64,000 nucleotides of DNA from Eledone cirrhosa (GCA_964016885.1 CAXHJY010000344.1:1-64000); one strand, 5' to 3'. Positions 13,196 through 25,789 are shown, counted from the first letter of the stretch. Numbers and translations: made by a program. Notes: generated from the letters alone by a model not told the origin.

Positions 13196-13480
13196 ACAAA
13201 CTTTAACTTTCTTTTTTATTCTATAGCAAACAGATTGTCATGCCATGCCCTCCTCCAAATAACATAGCAGCTATTCCACATCAGACAGGGACTGTCTAGC
13301 CATGTCCATCACCTAGTAACATATACTAACACCTATTTCACATCAAATTATGACTATCCAACAATACCCTCCACCTCCTTGCAACATATACCATATAAAT
13401 GTACATTCATGCTAGCATCGAATATGGACGTTAAACAATGATGATGATGATGATGAGATATATATATATATATATATAGA

Positions 13481-13670
13481 CAGCTGAGAGAAAGGAGTAC
13501 TCAATATCGAAATAGAGTTTTAATATTCATTTTATTAAGGCCGTATGTATGTATATTTATATTGTGTCTGCTATTGAAATGTTAGTTCTTCTCTGATGAC
13601 CCTGTAATTAACAGGTGAAACTCCAGAGTAACAAAACTCACTATTTAGCCTGAATAAAATGAATATCTAT
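13481..13670. mobile_element. Small HHR-bearing element with inverted tail copy
   Basis: 13481-13545 is the reverse complement of the family tail seen at 27455-27530. The plus-strand HHR and tail follow. Confidence 0.6.
13584..13638 (+). ncRNA. Type I hammerhead ribozyme, canonical CTGATGA core
   Basis: CTGATGA at 13593-13599. Stem II cctgt/acagg. GAAA at 13617-13620. Stem III ACTC-ca-GAGT. GUA site at 13630. Stem I is decayed here but restored by the sibling sequence agaagact near 27655. Confidence 0.72.
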
Positions 13671-13674
13671 ATGC

Positions 13675-14076
13675 AGAGGACATGCATAGACTGAAGAGAA
13701 TTGAAGTAACCATGCTCTGTTGGATGTGCAATGTAAGTGTGAGAAAAAGGCAGAGCTTAGACAAGTGGAGGGAGAAACTTGGTTTAAGAGGAATCTAAGG
13801 TGGTGTGCAGGAGAGAAGATTGCATTGATATAGACATGCAATGTGCATGGACAGTGATTGTTGGGTGATGAAGTGCCAGGAAATGCAAATGGTAGAAAGC
13901 CACAGTAGAAGTAGACCCAAAAAAATATGGGCAGAGGTGGTGAGAGCTGATCTGAAATCACAGACTCACAGAAGCGATGACAAATGATCGTGACATGTGG
14001 AGAGATGCCATGGTGAGAAGGACCCATCCAACCCATGAAAGCATGGAAACGTGAACGTAAAAACAATGATGATGAT
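13675..14076 (+). mobile_element. 5'-truncated RTE 3' end
   Basis: Decayed homolog of 3752-4150, ending in (GAT)n. Confidence 0.85.
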
Positions 14077-14080
14077 GGTG

Positions 14081-14126
<46 letters not shown>

Positions 14127-14264
14127 TGAAATGTGTCAGTGACAAGGTTACAGAAACTGCAACAAAAATATTGACACCATGAAATAAATTAGTTAATGTA
14201 ACAACTTCTGGGTGATCTTTTTAAATGGCTCTTCCACAGAATAAATGGCTAAAATTCTTTTTCC

Positions 14265-14470
14265 ATGATAAAATGCACCCAGTACACTCTGAAAAGTTGT
14301 AGTGTCGATGTCAAGATATAATGTATGCAGTGCACTTTGTAATGTAAAGTGGTAGTGCCAATATCACAATAAAATTCACCCAGTACACCCTGTAAAATGG
14401 TAATGTTGGTGCCATGACAAAGCACACCCAGTACACATTGTAAAGTGGTTGATGATGACAACCCAGTGAA
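14265..14470 (+). repeat. Tandem decayed copies of the RTE 5'-UTR motif
   Basis: About four copies of aaaa.cacccagtacactctgtaaagtgg, matching the reverse complement of 6895-6930. Confidence 0.65.
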
Positions 14471-15764
14471 CTAATGACAGCATGAAGAATGGCAGTGTGA
14501 TGGTGATGAGTTTTTAAAAATGAGGAGAAAAAGTGTAGAGTTTGTGCTAATGCGGTAAATGATAATAGTATTGAATGCTATTCTCAGAGATATGGTGCAA
14601 TAATGATTACAGTAGGAAGAGAGAGAGAAAGTATGAAGAATTCTTGTCACAAGGTAAAACAGTGGAACAAATAAACAGATAAGGTGATGCATGTCACAGA
14701 TGAAGCAAAAAATAGAGATGTTTGCCCTAGCGTGTGATGCCAATTTGGAAAGTCTGATGTTTAAACCAATCAAAGCAATAATTATGATAATTCTTCTGGC
14801 CTCTAGCTATTCCTAGCCACTTTTATCAATCTAGTTTGGTTTCCATTACAAACATCGCTTGAGTTCTTCACAGGAAGGAGACAACAAAGAATTTGATTTA
14901 GAAACAGAATTTATTTTATTTTGTCTCTTTTATTCTGGCACACTACACAGATTATGTCTTCCAGTTCTCCTTTTCTTTCTCACTATCTATATGTCTGCCT
15001 ATCTATCTCTTTCACTATCTTTCTATCAACCTGTGTCTATTTGTCTCTCTACCTATCTATCTCTATCAAATTATCTACCTAACTACCATCCTGTCTATCT
15101 TTCCATTTATTTATCAACCTCTACATCCATCTACCTACCTATCAATCTATTTACCTTTCTATCTACCTACCTACTAACCTGTTTATATACCTATCTACCT
15201 ACCTACTAACCTGTCTACCTAACAATCTATCTGTGGGTGAAATTTGGTAGACAGAAAGTGCAGACACCCCTCACGTGTGTCCATATTTATGTTTATTCCT
15301 TGTAACTTAGTAGTTCAACAAAAAGAGATTGATAAAACAAGTACCAAACTTGAAAAATAATTCAATATGATTGACTAAATCTCTTTAACCCTTTTGCTAC
15401 CAACCCATCCTCAGAACCACCTCTGGTTCTAAGTAACAAAAAACTTATTTTAAATGGTTCTGATTTAAATTAAAATCTTCCAATATAAATTTATATAAGA
15501 ACCATGTTATTTTAGTAATGAAATAACTAGTTGTTGTAAATCCTTCAAAATTCTCTAACTCAAAGTCCTACACCACATGAAATCATATTAAAACAAGACA
15601 TTCTTAAATCATACAAAACAACACTATAACTGCATCAGATTAAAAATTGAAGTATTTTTTTTTTAGTTTACTGCAATTTTCCCAAAGATCTGTCCATTAA
15701 TATAGTCTAAAGTCTAGTCGCTAGTCTAAAGTCAGGAAGCTTATGAAGCTGGTCAGGAAGCTGG

Positions 15765-16578
15765 TCAGGCTGGTGCCTATCCAGGTTTTGTGGTATGAAG
15801 CAACTGAGAGTACAAAACTCCCCACAGGACAGGAAGCCAATCCATCACAGGGTTAAACCCCAGCTATTACTGGTACTCATTTTCAGCTGAGTATACTGGA
15901 GCAATGTGAAATGAAGAGCTTTGCTCAAGAACACAACACACAACCCAGCCCAGGAATCGAACCCATGACATTATGATTGTAAGTCCAACACCCTTACCAC
16001 TAGGCCACACACCTCCACTTATGATTGTAAGTCCAACACCCTTACCACTAGGCCACACACCCCCACTTATGATTGTAAGTCCAACACCCTTACCACTAGG
16101 CCACACACCTCCACTTATGATTGTAAGTCCAACACCCTTACCACTAAGCCACACACCTCCACTTATGATCATAGGTCCAACACTCTTACTACTAGGCCAC
16201 AACTCTACTTATGATCATAGGTCCAACACCCTTACCACTAGGCCACAACTCTACTTATGATCATAGGTCCAACACCCTTACCACTAGACCACAACTCTAC
16301 TTATGATCATAGGTCCAACACCCTTACCACTAGGCCACAACTCTACTTATGATCATAGGTCCAACACCCTTACCACTAGGCCACAACTCTACTTATGATC
16401 ATAGGTCCAACACCCTTACCACTAGGCCACAACTCTACTTATGATCATAGGTCCAACACCCTTACTACTAGGCCACAACTCTATTTATGATCATAGGTCC
16501 AACACCCTTACTACTAGGCCACAACTCTACTTATAATCATAGGTCCAACACCCTTACCACTAGGCCACATGCCTCCAT
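15765..16578 (-). mobile_element. SINE whose tRNA-like head is amplified 13 times in tandem
   Basis: SINE body at 15765-15969 (homolog at 33425-33675), then 4 x 48-bp and 9 x 46-bp units, each containing the A box TGGCCTAGTGG on the minus strand. Confidence 0.85.
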
Positions 16579-17509
16579 TAATAAAGACACTATAAATATT
16601 TGAATAAATAAACCTATTTTTAGACATTTTATGCTAAATCATTACAGGATGTTAAGAGTTAATTGAAATAGATTGTATTTCATTTGAAATATGGTCACAA
16701 TAGGTTTAAGGCTATACCCTGGCATGGTTGCAGTCAAATAACTGAAACCAGTTAAAAGAATAAAGAGAACATTTGAAGACCAAACAAAAAGCAATAAATT
16801 TTTACAGCGTAAATTTATATCGACAGAATATTTTCTAAATCAACTTTTAATTACTGGAAATAATTCCAGGGAAATAATAAAAAATAATAAAATAACAACT
16901 AATTATACAAATGCCCTCAAAGGAACCAACTTCTTTCCTGGTCTGATTCTGTTTGGAAAATAAATATAAAGAAATAAAGAAAAATTAAAGAAAAAAATGA
17001 TAAAGAAAAATTAAAATGAAAAATAAAAATAAAGGAAAATTAAAGAAAAAAAAACTTTGATAGAAATTCATTAAAATAAGATTTCATTAAACAGAACTGT
17101 TGTTTATTAATCCATTTATTTTGTGGTTCCCAGTAGAGTAGTAAAACTTAGCAATTTCTATGGCTGAACTTCTGTAATTTAAAAGGTTTTTTTAAGATGA
17201 TGATGATGACTGTTGTTGCTGTTTATATTTCCTGTGATGACCTCAGGTCAACAATAGATCTATATCACCAATGTGAAATATCATTAACAGATTTATAATA
17301 TATTGAGAATTTTATTGTTTTTTTACCGATGTTTCTACTTCAATGATAGGAATGACTTTAATAGGAACCTCTTTAAAACCAGCCTATGTTGCCATAATTC
17401 TTATTTACTTTACAGCCAACTAAAGTCTTCTCAAATAATAAAATATAATCTTAATTAGAAATTTCTAACATGGAATCCTAATTGCTTACTTTTATGAAAA
17501 AGAAAAAAA

Positions 17510-17543
<34 letters not shown>

Positions 17544-17544
17544 G

Positions 17545-18156
17545 ATTGGCAGAATCAGTAGAGCGTCAGACAAAATGCTTAGCAGTATTTTGTTATGTCC
17601 CTTTATGTTCTGAGTTCAAATCCTGCCGAGGTTAGCTTTGCCTTTCATCCTGACAAGGTCAATAAAATAAAGTACCAGTAATGCACTGGGGTCGATTTAG
17701 GCAGAAGGCCAACAATTTGAGGGGAGGGGAAAGTTGATTAAATCAACCCCGGTGCATTACTGGTACAATATTTTATTGGCCCAGTAAGGATGAAAAGCAA
17801 AGCTCATCTCAGTGGGATTTGAACTCATAATTATTATCATAGCATCTGACAACATACTTTGCAGCATATTGTTACAGCCCTTCATGCTGAGTTCAAATCC
17901 TGCCATAGTTAGCTTTGCCTTTCATCCTGATGGGGTCAATAAAATTAAGTACCAGTAGCACACATTATAATGTATGGATTGGCAGTATCAGTAGAGGGTC
18001 GGACGCCATGCTTTCCAGCATAGTTACGTCCCTTTACAATCTGAGTTCAAATCCCACCGAGGTTGACTTTGCCTTTCATCCTTACGGGGTCGATAAAATA
18101 AAGTACCAGTAATGCACTGAGTAATTGCAGGCCTTGTGCCTAAAGTAGAAACAATT
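17545..18156. mobile_element. Cluster of about four SINE family A copies, mixed orientation
   Basis: Repeated B box and gcctttcatcc...aagtaccag body. Confidence 0.85.
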
Positions 18157-18439
18157 ATAATGTATACAAATTAACAGAATTCTAAACAAAATAGAAGGGG
18201 AAAAGGGCAGGAGCAGATATGCACACTCAATCATATGGTACAAGAAGTGCTGGAGTTTTCCTGTACATATTCACAACATTGTTGCAGGTGAAAGTTAGGC
18301 TAAACCACAGAAAGCAGCTTTGTGAGATCACCTGATACATCAGTAAAGCAACCTGCCAACAATAACAAAAACCTTGTTTTCAGCAACCCAACTACCCGAA
18401 ACATCTTGAATACCACAGGCTGAAAAAAGTGGGTCGATA

Positions 18440-18635
18440 ATTAAGGGACAAATTTTACAGGCAAAACCAACAGGCAGGAGACCCAGGAGTAGATTCCCAA
18501 GTAAGATGGTTGTATAACATCCATGAGCTTGGCCGGTCTCGCTTGGGGATCCAGCAGGATCAGTTGGATATGGTTGTTTCTGACAGGACCTGCTGGAAAG
18601 AATGTTTGAGGACTCTGCCCAAACAACCCTCTCAT
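18440..18635 (+). mobile_element. RTE (Expander/Rex3-like) 3' fragment
   Basis: Shares aacatccatgagcttggc.ggtctcgcttggggatccag with 55730-55770. Confidence 0.6.
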
Positions 18636-19449
18636 AAATAAGTAGGCAAAGAAGAAAATTGGTATTTTAGAATTTTATTCCTGTGCCTACAGGTTCAGTG
18701 ACTCACATTTACCACAGTCTCCAAGATGTGGGATGGAGCAAATAAGTCAATAACTGTGGTGTCCCAAATGAGAGATCTATCTCTTACCCTGGAGCAAAGT
18801 GTAAGCCATCTAGCTTCTTCCCATCAACTCTGGACAATCTGATTGGCTCCAGAATTGAGGGGATGTTGAGTCAATCCTGGGCCCACTTCATAATTAGGTT
18901 TAGCTGAATATGCTAAGTGAAACAGCCTACATTTTACATTCATTTAAATTTTAACTACCACCACCCTCACACATTATCAAACTTTAATAGTGTTAAAAGT
19001 TTATTTGTTGTTTTTTAGATAATCAATCAATCAATATGTTCAATATTATAGAATTTTTCAGAAATAAAAAATAATTAAATATTCTCCTGTCCAACAAAAT
19101 ATATCAATATTCTTCCACTGAAGAAGAGTGAATTCTCATCAATCTAACACTATCTTTGTCGATCATCAACATATTGACTTAAACGTTACAATAAATTATT
19201 TTTATAATTAATCTATAGTTTTATATATCATACATTTTTTTAAAGCTTGCATTAAGTTTATTTCAATAGAATCCATACAAATAAACAATATATTTAAAAA
19301 AAAAAAAGGGAAAAACCAGAAGCACAAGAGTTTCCCTTTTAAAAGATTTTGAAGCAAGGCATTCATGGCATTGCTACAGGTGATAGTGTGGCTAAGGTAC
19401 TGGAATAACAAAACATCCTAAATTATTGAGGTGTTATAAGATAGTGATG

Positions 19450-19752
19450 GTGTGTGGCTTTGTGATAAAGGCACATAATCATAAGGTCATGAGTTTGATT
19501 CCTGGCAGCACATTGTGTCCTTGAGCAAAACACTATTTTTCATTGCTCCAGTTCACTCAAAATTGAGTTGTACCTGTAATTAAAAGGGCCAGCCTTGTCA
19601 CATTCTGTGTCATGCTGAATCTCCCCGAGTATTACGTTAAGGGTATGCATGTCTGTTGAATGTTCAGCCACTTGCATATTAATTTCATGAGCAGGCTGTT
19701 CTGTTGATCGGATCAACTGGAATGGTTGTCGTTATAACCAATAGAGTGCCAG
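19450..19752 (+). mobile_element. tRNA-derived SINE family B
   Basis: Head, then ttgtgtccttgagcaa, ending gatcggatcaactggaa...ggagtgcc. Homologs at 33953-34232, 49715-49980, 53720-54000(-), 57440-57712(-) and 62215-62380(-). Confidence 0.85.
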
Positions 19753-19819
19753 CACTATATATAAGATATTGCATATAAGATGTTTACATCTCTTTATACA
19801 TAGATCTATAGTTATATAC

Positions 19820-20193
19820 TGTAAGAGAAATGAACAACCATGCTTCATTGGATGTGCAATGTAAATGTGAGTGAAAGGCTGAGCTTGGACAAGTTGAGGG
19901 AGAAACTGGGTTTAAGATGAATAAAAAGCGGTGTGCAAGAGAGAAGACTACATTGATATCGACCCCTGATGTGCGTGGAAGATGATCGCTGGGTGAAGAA
20001 GTGGCAGGATATCACAGTAGAGTTAGACCAAGGAAGACCTGGGCGGAGATGGTGAGAGCTGATCTTAAAATCACTGAGACTCACAGAGGAGATGATGAAG
20101 GAATGCGACAAGTGGAGAGATGCTGCGCTGAAAAAGACCCGCCTAACCCATGAGAGAGTGGGAAAAAGCACATAAAAATGATGATCATGATGA
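19820..20193 (+). mobile_element. 5'-truncated RTE 3' end
   Basis: Encodes EDDRWVKK and PRKTWAEMVRADLK-like sequence with a gatgat tail; homolog of 3752-4130. Confidence 0.88.
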
Positions 20194-21048
20194 ATGCTTC
20201 CACCATTAAAATATATTACTGGTGTGTTTAGTGTTGGCTAAAATTCTTCAGATGTATTGTGTGTTATAGTAAAACAGTGTTGGTTGAAAATCAATAGTTT
20301 TATTATGTAGTAAACCATTTTACCTGTAAAATAAACTACTGGCAGTGTTTTCTGTTCACAAAGATGTTTATAAGATTTTTATATCTGTCTAGATATATAT
20401 TGAGTTATATTCTCTACTACTTAAAGTAGCATGTTAACATAAAATAATTGTTTGTTTTTGTCTACAACGATATTGCACATATAGACAAGGCATTTACATC
20501 TGTCTATTCATCAGTGTAGGCCAAAAATATATAGATATATTCTATAATACAGTATATATAGACAAGATATTTACATCTGCCTATATATACAGAGTTGGCC
20601 AAAATCTATAGACATATTCTGTAGTACAGTATATATATACAGATAAGATGTTTACACCTGACTATATATACACTTGGCGGCGAATTGGCAGAGTTATCAG
20701 AATGTCGCATAAAATGCTTGACGGTATTTGTTTCGACTGTTCTCAAAACAATTCCCTTTACCTTTCATCCATTCCAGGTCGATAAACAAAGTACCAGTCT
20801 AGTATTGGGGTAGATCTTTCCTCTATATCGCTTTCTCACTTCTATTCTCTCTGTAAGAAATCTGCAGTACACAGACCTCGAGATGAGATGGACTCCACCA
20901 GGTTTTAAAATGCCCTAGAAACACCATATGTAAATACAACTCCCCAAGGAGTTACGGGACCATTCATGCATATGGTTAGTAAGATCTATAGACAAATTTT
21001 GTAGTACAGTATATATATAGACAAGATGTTTGCATCTATCTATATATA

Positions 21049-21350
21049 ATTGTTTCTACTTTTGGCACAAGGCCAGCAATTATATCAGTGTATTACTGGT
21101 ACTTTATTTTATCGACCTCGTAAGGATGAAAGGCAAAGTTAATCTCGGCGGGATTTGAACTCAGAATGTAAAGGGCTATAACTCTTTGCATGGCGTCTGA
21201 CCCTCTACTGATACTGCCAATCCACAGCCTTTATCTATATATATATATAATTGTTTCTACTTTTGGCACAAGGCCAGCAATTTCCTCAGTGTATTACTGG
21301 TACTTTATTTTATCGACCCCGTAAGGATGAAAGGCAAAGTTAACCTTGGC
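21049..21350 (-). mobile_element. Two SINE family A copies
   Basis: Full copy at 21049-21228 and a 3' half at 21249-21350. Confidence 0.85.
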
Positions 21351-21365
21351 ATGGGCTAAAATCTT

Positions 21366-21820
21366 TATTCTTGTGTCGCAAATAATCATCCTTCCAACCA
21401 CCCACCCACCACCTACCCGCTTGTTAATTTTTCAGATTTCTTTCCAACAACCCCGTTCTTGCTCCCTACTCCCATTGAATTTTGCTAATATAACTCCTGT
21501 GAAATTTTATTTTAAGTGATAGCATTCCTGCAACAATTTTCTTTATATATTAAAAAACATTATACATGACAAACCAAGTACATTATTAGAAATCCCATGC
21601 GTTATAAAATAAATAGGATGGGTTGAGGTCTCAACATGTAAACTAAACGACTAAATCTGGTAAAAAAAAAAAATAAATTAATTAATTAATTAATTAATTT
21701 TAAAAAAAAAGAAAAAAAAAATCAACGGAGACAACCAAGAAAAATTACAAATTTTCCAACACTTCCACCCACCCCCACTTATCCCAACTCCCCTTCCCAA
21801 CTACTTGGGACCCGAGAGTA
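21366..21820. mobile_element. MITE with tactctcgggtc.caaataa-type TIRs
   Basis: Termini ttcttgtgtcgcaaataa and acttgggacccgagagta. Relatives at 22005-22353 (inverted), 36268-36648, 62535-62802 and 63190-63570. Confidence 0.75.
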
Positions 21821-21839
21821 GGTATATTACGGGCATAAC

Positions 21840-22570
21840 GATAGCTTAGTGCCCCTACGCCCGAAATTGTTTTCTCATAACTTTCTTAATAATGAATTTT
21901 TTTTCGTGAAATGCTTTAAAAGATGTTTAAATTATGTTGGTGAAATATAAATTTAAAAAATTGAAGGCATGATGAAAACAATTTCCGAATTTACATTTAA
22001 CATTTAACTCTCGGGTCCCCAAATAATAGGAGGGGATAAGCGGAAGGGCGGAAGGGGTTGGGAAATTGGTGCTTTTTCTATGTTGTCCCCGTTGGTTTTT
22101 TTAAAACCAGAATTAGTCGTTTAGTTTACATATTAAGACCCCCAACCCATCCTATTTACTTTATAACGTATGTGATTTCTAGTAATGTATTCTTTTGTCA
22201 TGTATAATGGGTTTTTTTTTAATGTATAAAGAAATTAAATGCTTCCACTTAAAATTAAATTTCGACTGCGAAAGATTAGCAAAATTTGATAAGGGGGAAG
22301 GATCTGAAAAATTAATAAGCAGGGGGTGGGGCGATTATTTGACACCCGACAGTCCAAACACAAATTGAAAATATTCAGCAAATTAAAGCATTATCGAACG
22401 GAACTATATACAAACTGATTTCTTTTGAAAAATTAACAATTAAAAAAATAATTATCAACATAATTGTAATCTATATCATGGAAAATGTATCTAAAATTTG
22501 ATTAGAAGATATCCAATATTAAGAAAGTTATGAAAAAACAAATTCATGGGAGCGAAAGACATAATTATGC
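21840..22570. mobile_element. TIR element with a nested MITE (22005-22353)
   Basis: Inverted arms gaaattgttttctcataactttcttaat (21863-21890) and attaagaaagttatgaaaaaacaaattc (22518-22546). Confidence 0.65.
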
Positions 22571-22979
22571 TTTTTTTTGTTGTTTCCTTTTCTTTTTCTC
22601 TCGCTTTGATAATATATTTTGTGCATTATATATTTGTGGGGTTCCTAGCAATAATTAACATTTATTATATGTTTTATAACGGTGGTTTTCACTGTCAGAA
22701 TTATAAATAGTTTGTAATGTTATTTATACAACTGTGAATAATAAATTTATAAATAGATTATGCTTCTGTTTATATATAAACCTATAATTATATATTGTAT
22801 TGTCTTAACATTTAATATATATTATTGGTGTGTTAAAGACATGTTTACACCTGTATGTTGGTTATATTCTGTATTATAGTATAACATTTAGCTTTAAAAT
22901 AAATTCCCGTTGTCCAAGAAGACATTGGATAAAAAAAGTTATTGTATAATAGGAGAGGAAAATAAACAAATACTGTGAT

Positions 22980-23210
22980 TTGTCTGTCCGCTTCCTATTT
23001 CTATGGGTTGCCGTCGAGACTTCCTGTGTCCTTGGTCCCCCGTACTGCCGATGTCCTCCGCAAAAACCAGAAAGGCAGTAAAAGGCCTGCCAGAGGAAGG
23101 AGCCCTGTTGCAGCAGGTCTACCTGGCTATTCTCTGCGGCAATACCTTAGCCATTCTGTCTGCAGGACACGGCCGAATTACCATACAAAATGGGGCGTAG
23201 AGTCTGTCCC
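22980..23210 (+). pseudogene. 3' fragment of a CRE-like non-LTR retrotransposon (restriction-like endonuclease C-terminus)
   Basis: FLFLWVAVETSCVLGP, then in a shifted frame LLQQVYLAILCGNTLAIL, matching the F.P.AVET.G..GP ... L.QR.S.AI.RGNA pattern. Confidence 0.65.
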
Positions 23211-23976
23211 TTTCCTTCGTTATTTTATTCTTTTTCCCATTAAGATAATAAAAGCAAGATATTTAAATATGTGTGTCTAGATACAATGTCGGCTATTAGA
23301 GTATAGTATTTACCTTCAAAATAAATTCCTGGCGTGTTAACAGTGTCCAATCGACAATGTATGATAAAAAGATATTTAAATCTGTCTCTATATACAATGG
23401 TGGCTACATTCTGTATTATAGTATAGTGTAGCATTTATCTTTAAAATAAATTCCCGTTGTCCACGAAGATATTCTATAATAAAGATTTTTGTTGTTATTT
23501 TCTAATTCTTCTGACAAATTACTTTTATTTTTAGTCAGAAAGATGTTTAGTTTTATTAAGGCGTAATTGTCAACATAATATTACAAATAGAAAAGGTGTT
23601 TTATCCACTCTCTATACGTACAATGTTGGTTAAGAATTATCAGATATAGTGTCATAATAAACCATTATGTAATAAAACATTTACCTTTAGTCTAAACTAT
23701 TTGTATGTTTATGGTGTGTTGTGTCCACAAAGATATATATATATACTAGCTGGCCCCGTGCCGTCAAATATGCCAGCTAATGAGTAAATGTGTATTTGTA
23801 TATTCCTTTTAGCTGCGTTTTATATTCTTGATAATTCTAATTTCGATATTGCTAGAGACTTCCTTGGACAACACACACACAAACACTCACAAAAGTGTAG
23901 CCATTCTAAGAAAGCTAGTTAAAAATAATTATTACATACACACTACTACTTTGACTCTAAATTTCGCCAGTTGCAG

Positions 23977-24586
23977 ACTACGCATCAACATGAAATATTT
24001 TTCTACACAAAGTTCGATCACCAACAACAGAGTTTAAAGAGCAAAGATCAAGTCCAGTCCATAGGTTGACATTATCAAGCCATCGTTTTGGCTGCCGGCC
24101 TCTGCTTCTCTTACCAGCCAATCTTCCTTCCAGGCATAACCTACTCACACCACGAGTTGATCTATATGACCGTATAGCTCGAGTACTCTTGACTTGACAA
24201 TTGATGTAGAGCAGCCCACTGATACAGATAAGGTCGCTGAGCCGCTTGCCAGTCATAAGTCTCATGATGTGGTTCTGGAATGTAGAGAGCCCAGATATGT
24301 TCAAAAAAGCATTAATAGCTGTACTCCACAAAAAAGGTAACAGACTTGATTGTGGGAACTATCGTCCTATCAGCCTATTGAGTCACGTTTACAAGCTTTT
24401 CATGAGTATCATTGCAGCACAAGTGAGTCAGATATTTACGCCTCATTTCCCGAATCACAAGCTGCGTATCACCTGGAAGAGGCACCATTGAGCAGATCCT
24501 AACTATTGAACAAATCATTGAGAAATCAATAGAATTCAACAACCCTGTGCACATCAGCTTCGTTGACTTCACAAAAGCTTTTGACA
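23977..24586. mobile_element. RTE-like LINE relic with internal inversion
   Basis: Minus-strand 3' end (LEGRLAGKRSRGRQPKRWLD, 23977-24290) fused to a plus-strand RT N-terminus (HKKGNRLDCGNYRPISLL...FVDFTKAFD, 24290-24586). Confidence 0.85.
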
Positions 24587-24839
24587 TGAAACTACACACA
24601 CACACATCTACACATATGTGTGCGTGTGTATATGTATACATTTATATGTATGAACAACACAAGTGTAACGAACGCGGTTTTCTATAGTTTGTCACAGCCC
24701 CCTTCCTTCCACACTCATCACATAGATGTGTGTGTATGTAATCATTAAAAAGTAGAAATAATTATTTTGTTTAATGTTTATGTTATGTATGTATTTATAT
24801 CTATATAACTGTGTTAATTGGACGACAAGGTCACTTCAG

Positions 24840-25135
24840 AAGCTCTACATTCCAGAACCAAACAATGAGACTTATGATTGACAAGCGGCTCTGCGACCGT
24901 ATCTGTATCAGTGAGCTGCTCAACATTACCAGACTCAGACCAATTACATCAATTGTCAAGTCAAGAGTACTCAAGCTATACGGTCATATCAAAAGATCAA
25001 CTCGTGGTGTGAGTAAGTTGTGCCTGGAAGGAAGATTGGCTGGTAAGAGAAACAGAGGCCGGCAGCCAAAACGATGGCTTGATAATGTCAACCGATGGAC
25101 TGGACTTGACCTTTGCTCTTTAAACTCTGCTGCCG
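24840..25135 (+). mobile_element. RTE-like 3' fragment
   Basis: Encodes LKLYGHIKR...GKRNRGRQPKRWLDNV; inverted homolog of 24030-24290. Confidence 0.85.
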
Positions 25136-25212
25136 GACTATCCGGGAGCTTCCAACAGCCATGGTTGCATTCTTTAAGGGTATGTCAATATTTATTTATA
25201 AAACTTATCTAT

Positions 25213-25280
25213 ATTATATTTTATCTGATGAAAGCACACCATAATTTAACTTGGTGTCCTTGAAACATGTATAATGAAAT
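25213..25280 (+). ncRNA. Minimal type I hammerhead ribozyme
   Basis: CTGATGA at 25225-25231. Stem II aagcacacca/tggtgtcctt (9 of 10 pairs). GAAA at 25262-25265. Palindromic ACATGT. GUA site at 25271. Host element about 25140-25410, homologous to 59379-59670. Confidence 0.78.
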
Positions 25281-25408
25281 AAATATGGTTTTATAAATAT
25301 AGTTTCCATTTGTTAATATCGTATTTTTACTCCAAATATTTGTTGAGTGCTTTATATCAGTTATAAAAATATTTGCTTGTTGTATCCCAACAATTTAAAT
25401 AGAACTTT

Positions 25409-25450
<42 letters not shown>

Positions 25451-25789
25451 CACGCGCGCGCGGTGTATATGTCTTATGATACAGTGTTAGCTAACCTATA
25501 GAAACAGTATGTAGTATCGAAAAGCATTAAATTATGAAAACAAATACTTTGTATTAGTGGTTACTTAAACTCACACGGACTATTCAAAGAATTACATATT
25601 ACGTTAGTGTATAGTAAATTATACGCTTACCAGATATTTAACAGATAAATATCATTTTGTGACGGTCACCGTTGAAACTTAGGGCATTTTTGGTCCCGAG
25701 GCAGCGACTGCCATCTTCCTCCATCAAGTTGAAAAGAGAGTATCGCCCCTGGATAAGATGTAATGGCTGTTGGTTGTGTTCTTTGAGAG

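Larger units (their letters stand above)
20200..23735. repeat. Diverged local tandem repeat field interrupted by TEs
   Basis: Recurrent acaagat.tttacatctg.ctatatataca..gttggc.a.a...tattctgta.ta.agta units at 20480-20670, 20980-21045, 22835-22945 and 23255-23490. Confidence 0.6.

Noticed and set aside
15970-16578. CRISPR-like periodicity
   Set aside because: Units are contiguous with no unique spacers, they derive from a SINE head, and the DNA is eukaryotic.
23745-23780. Helitron-like hairpin plus CTAG end on the minus strand
   Set aside because: Single weak instance with no identifiable other end.
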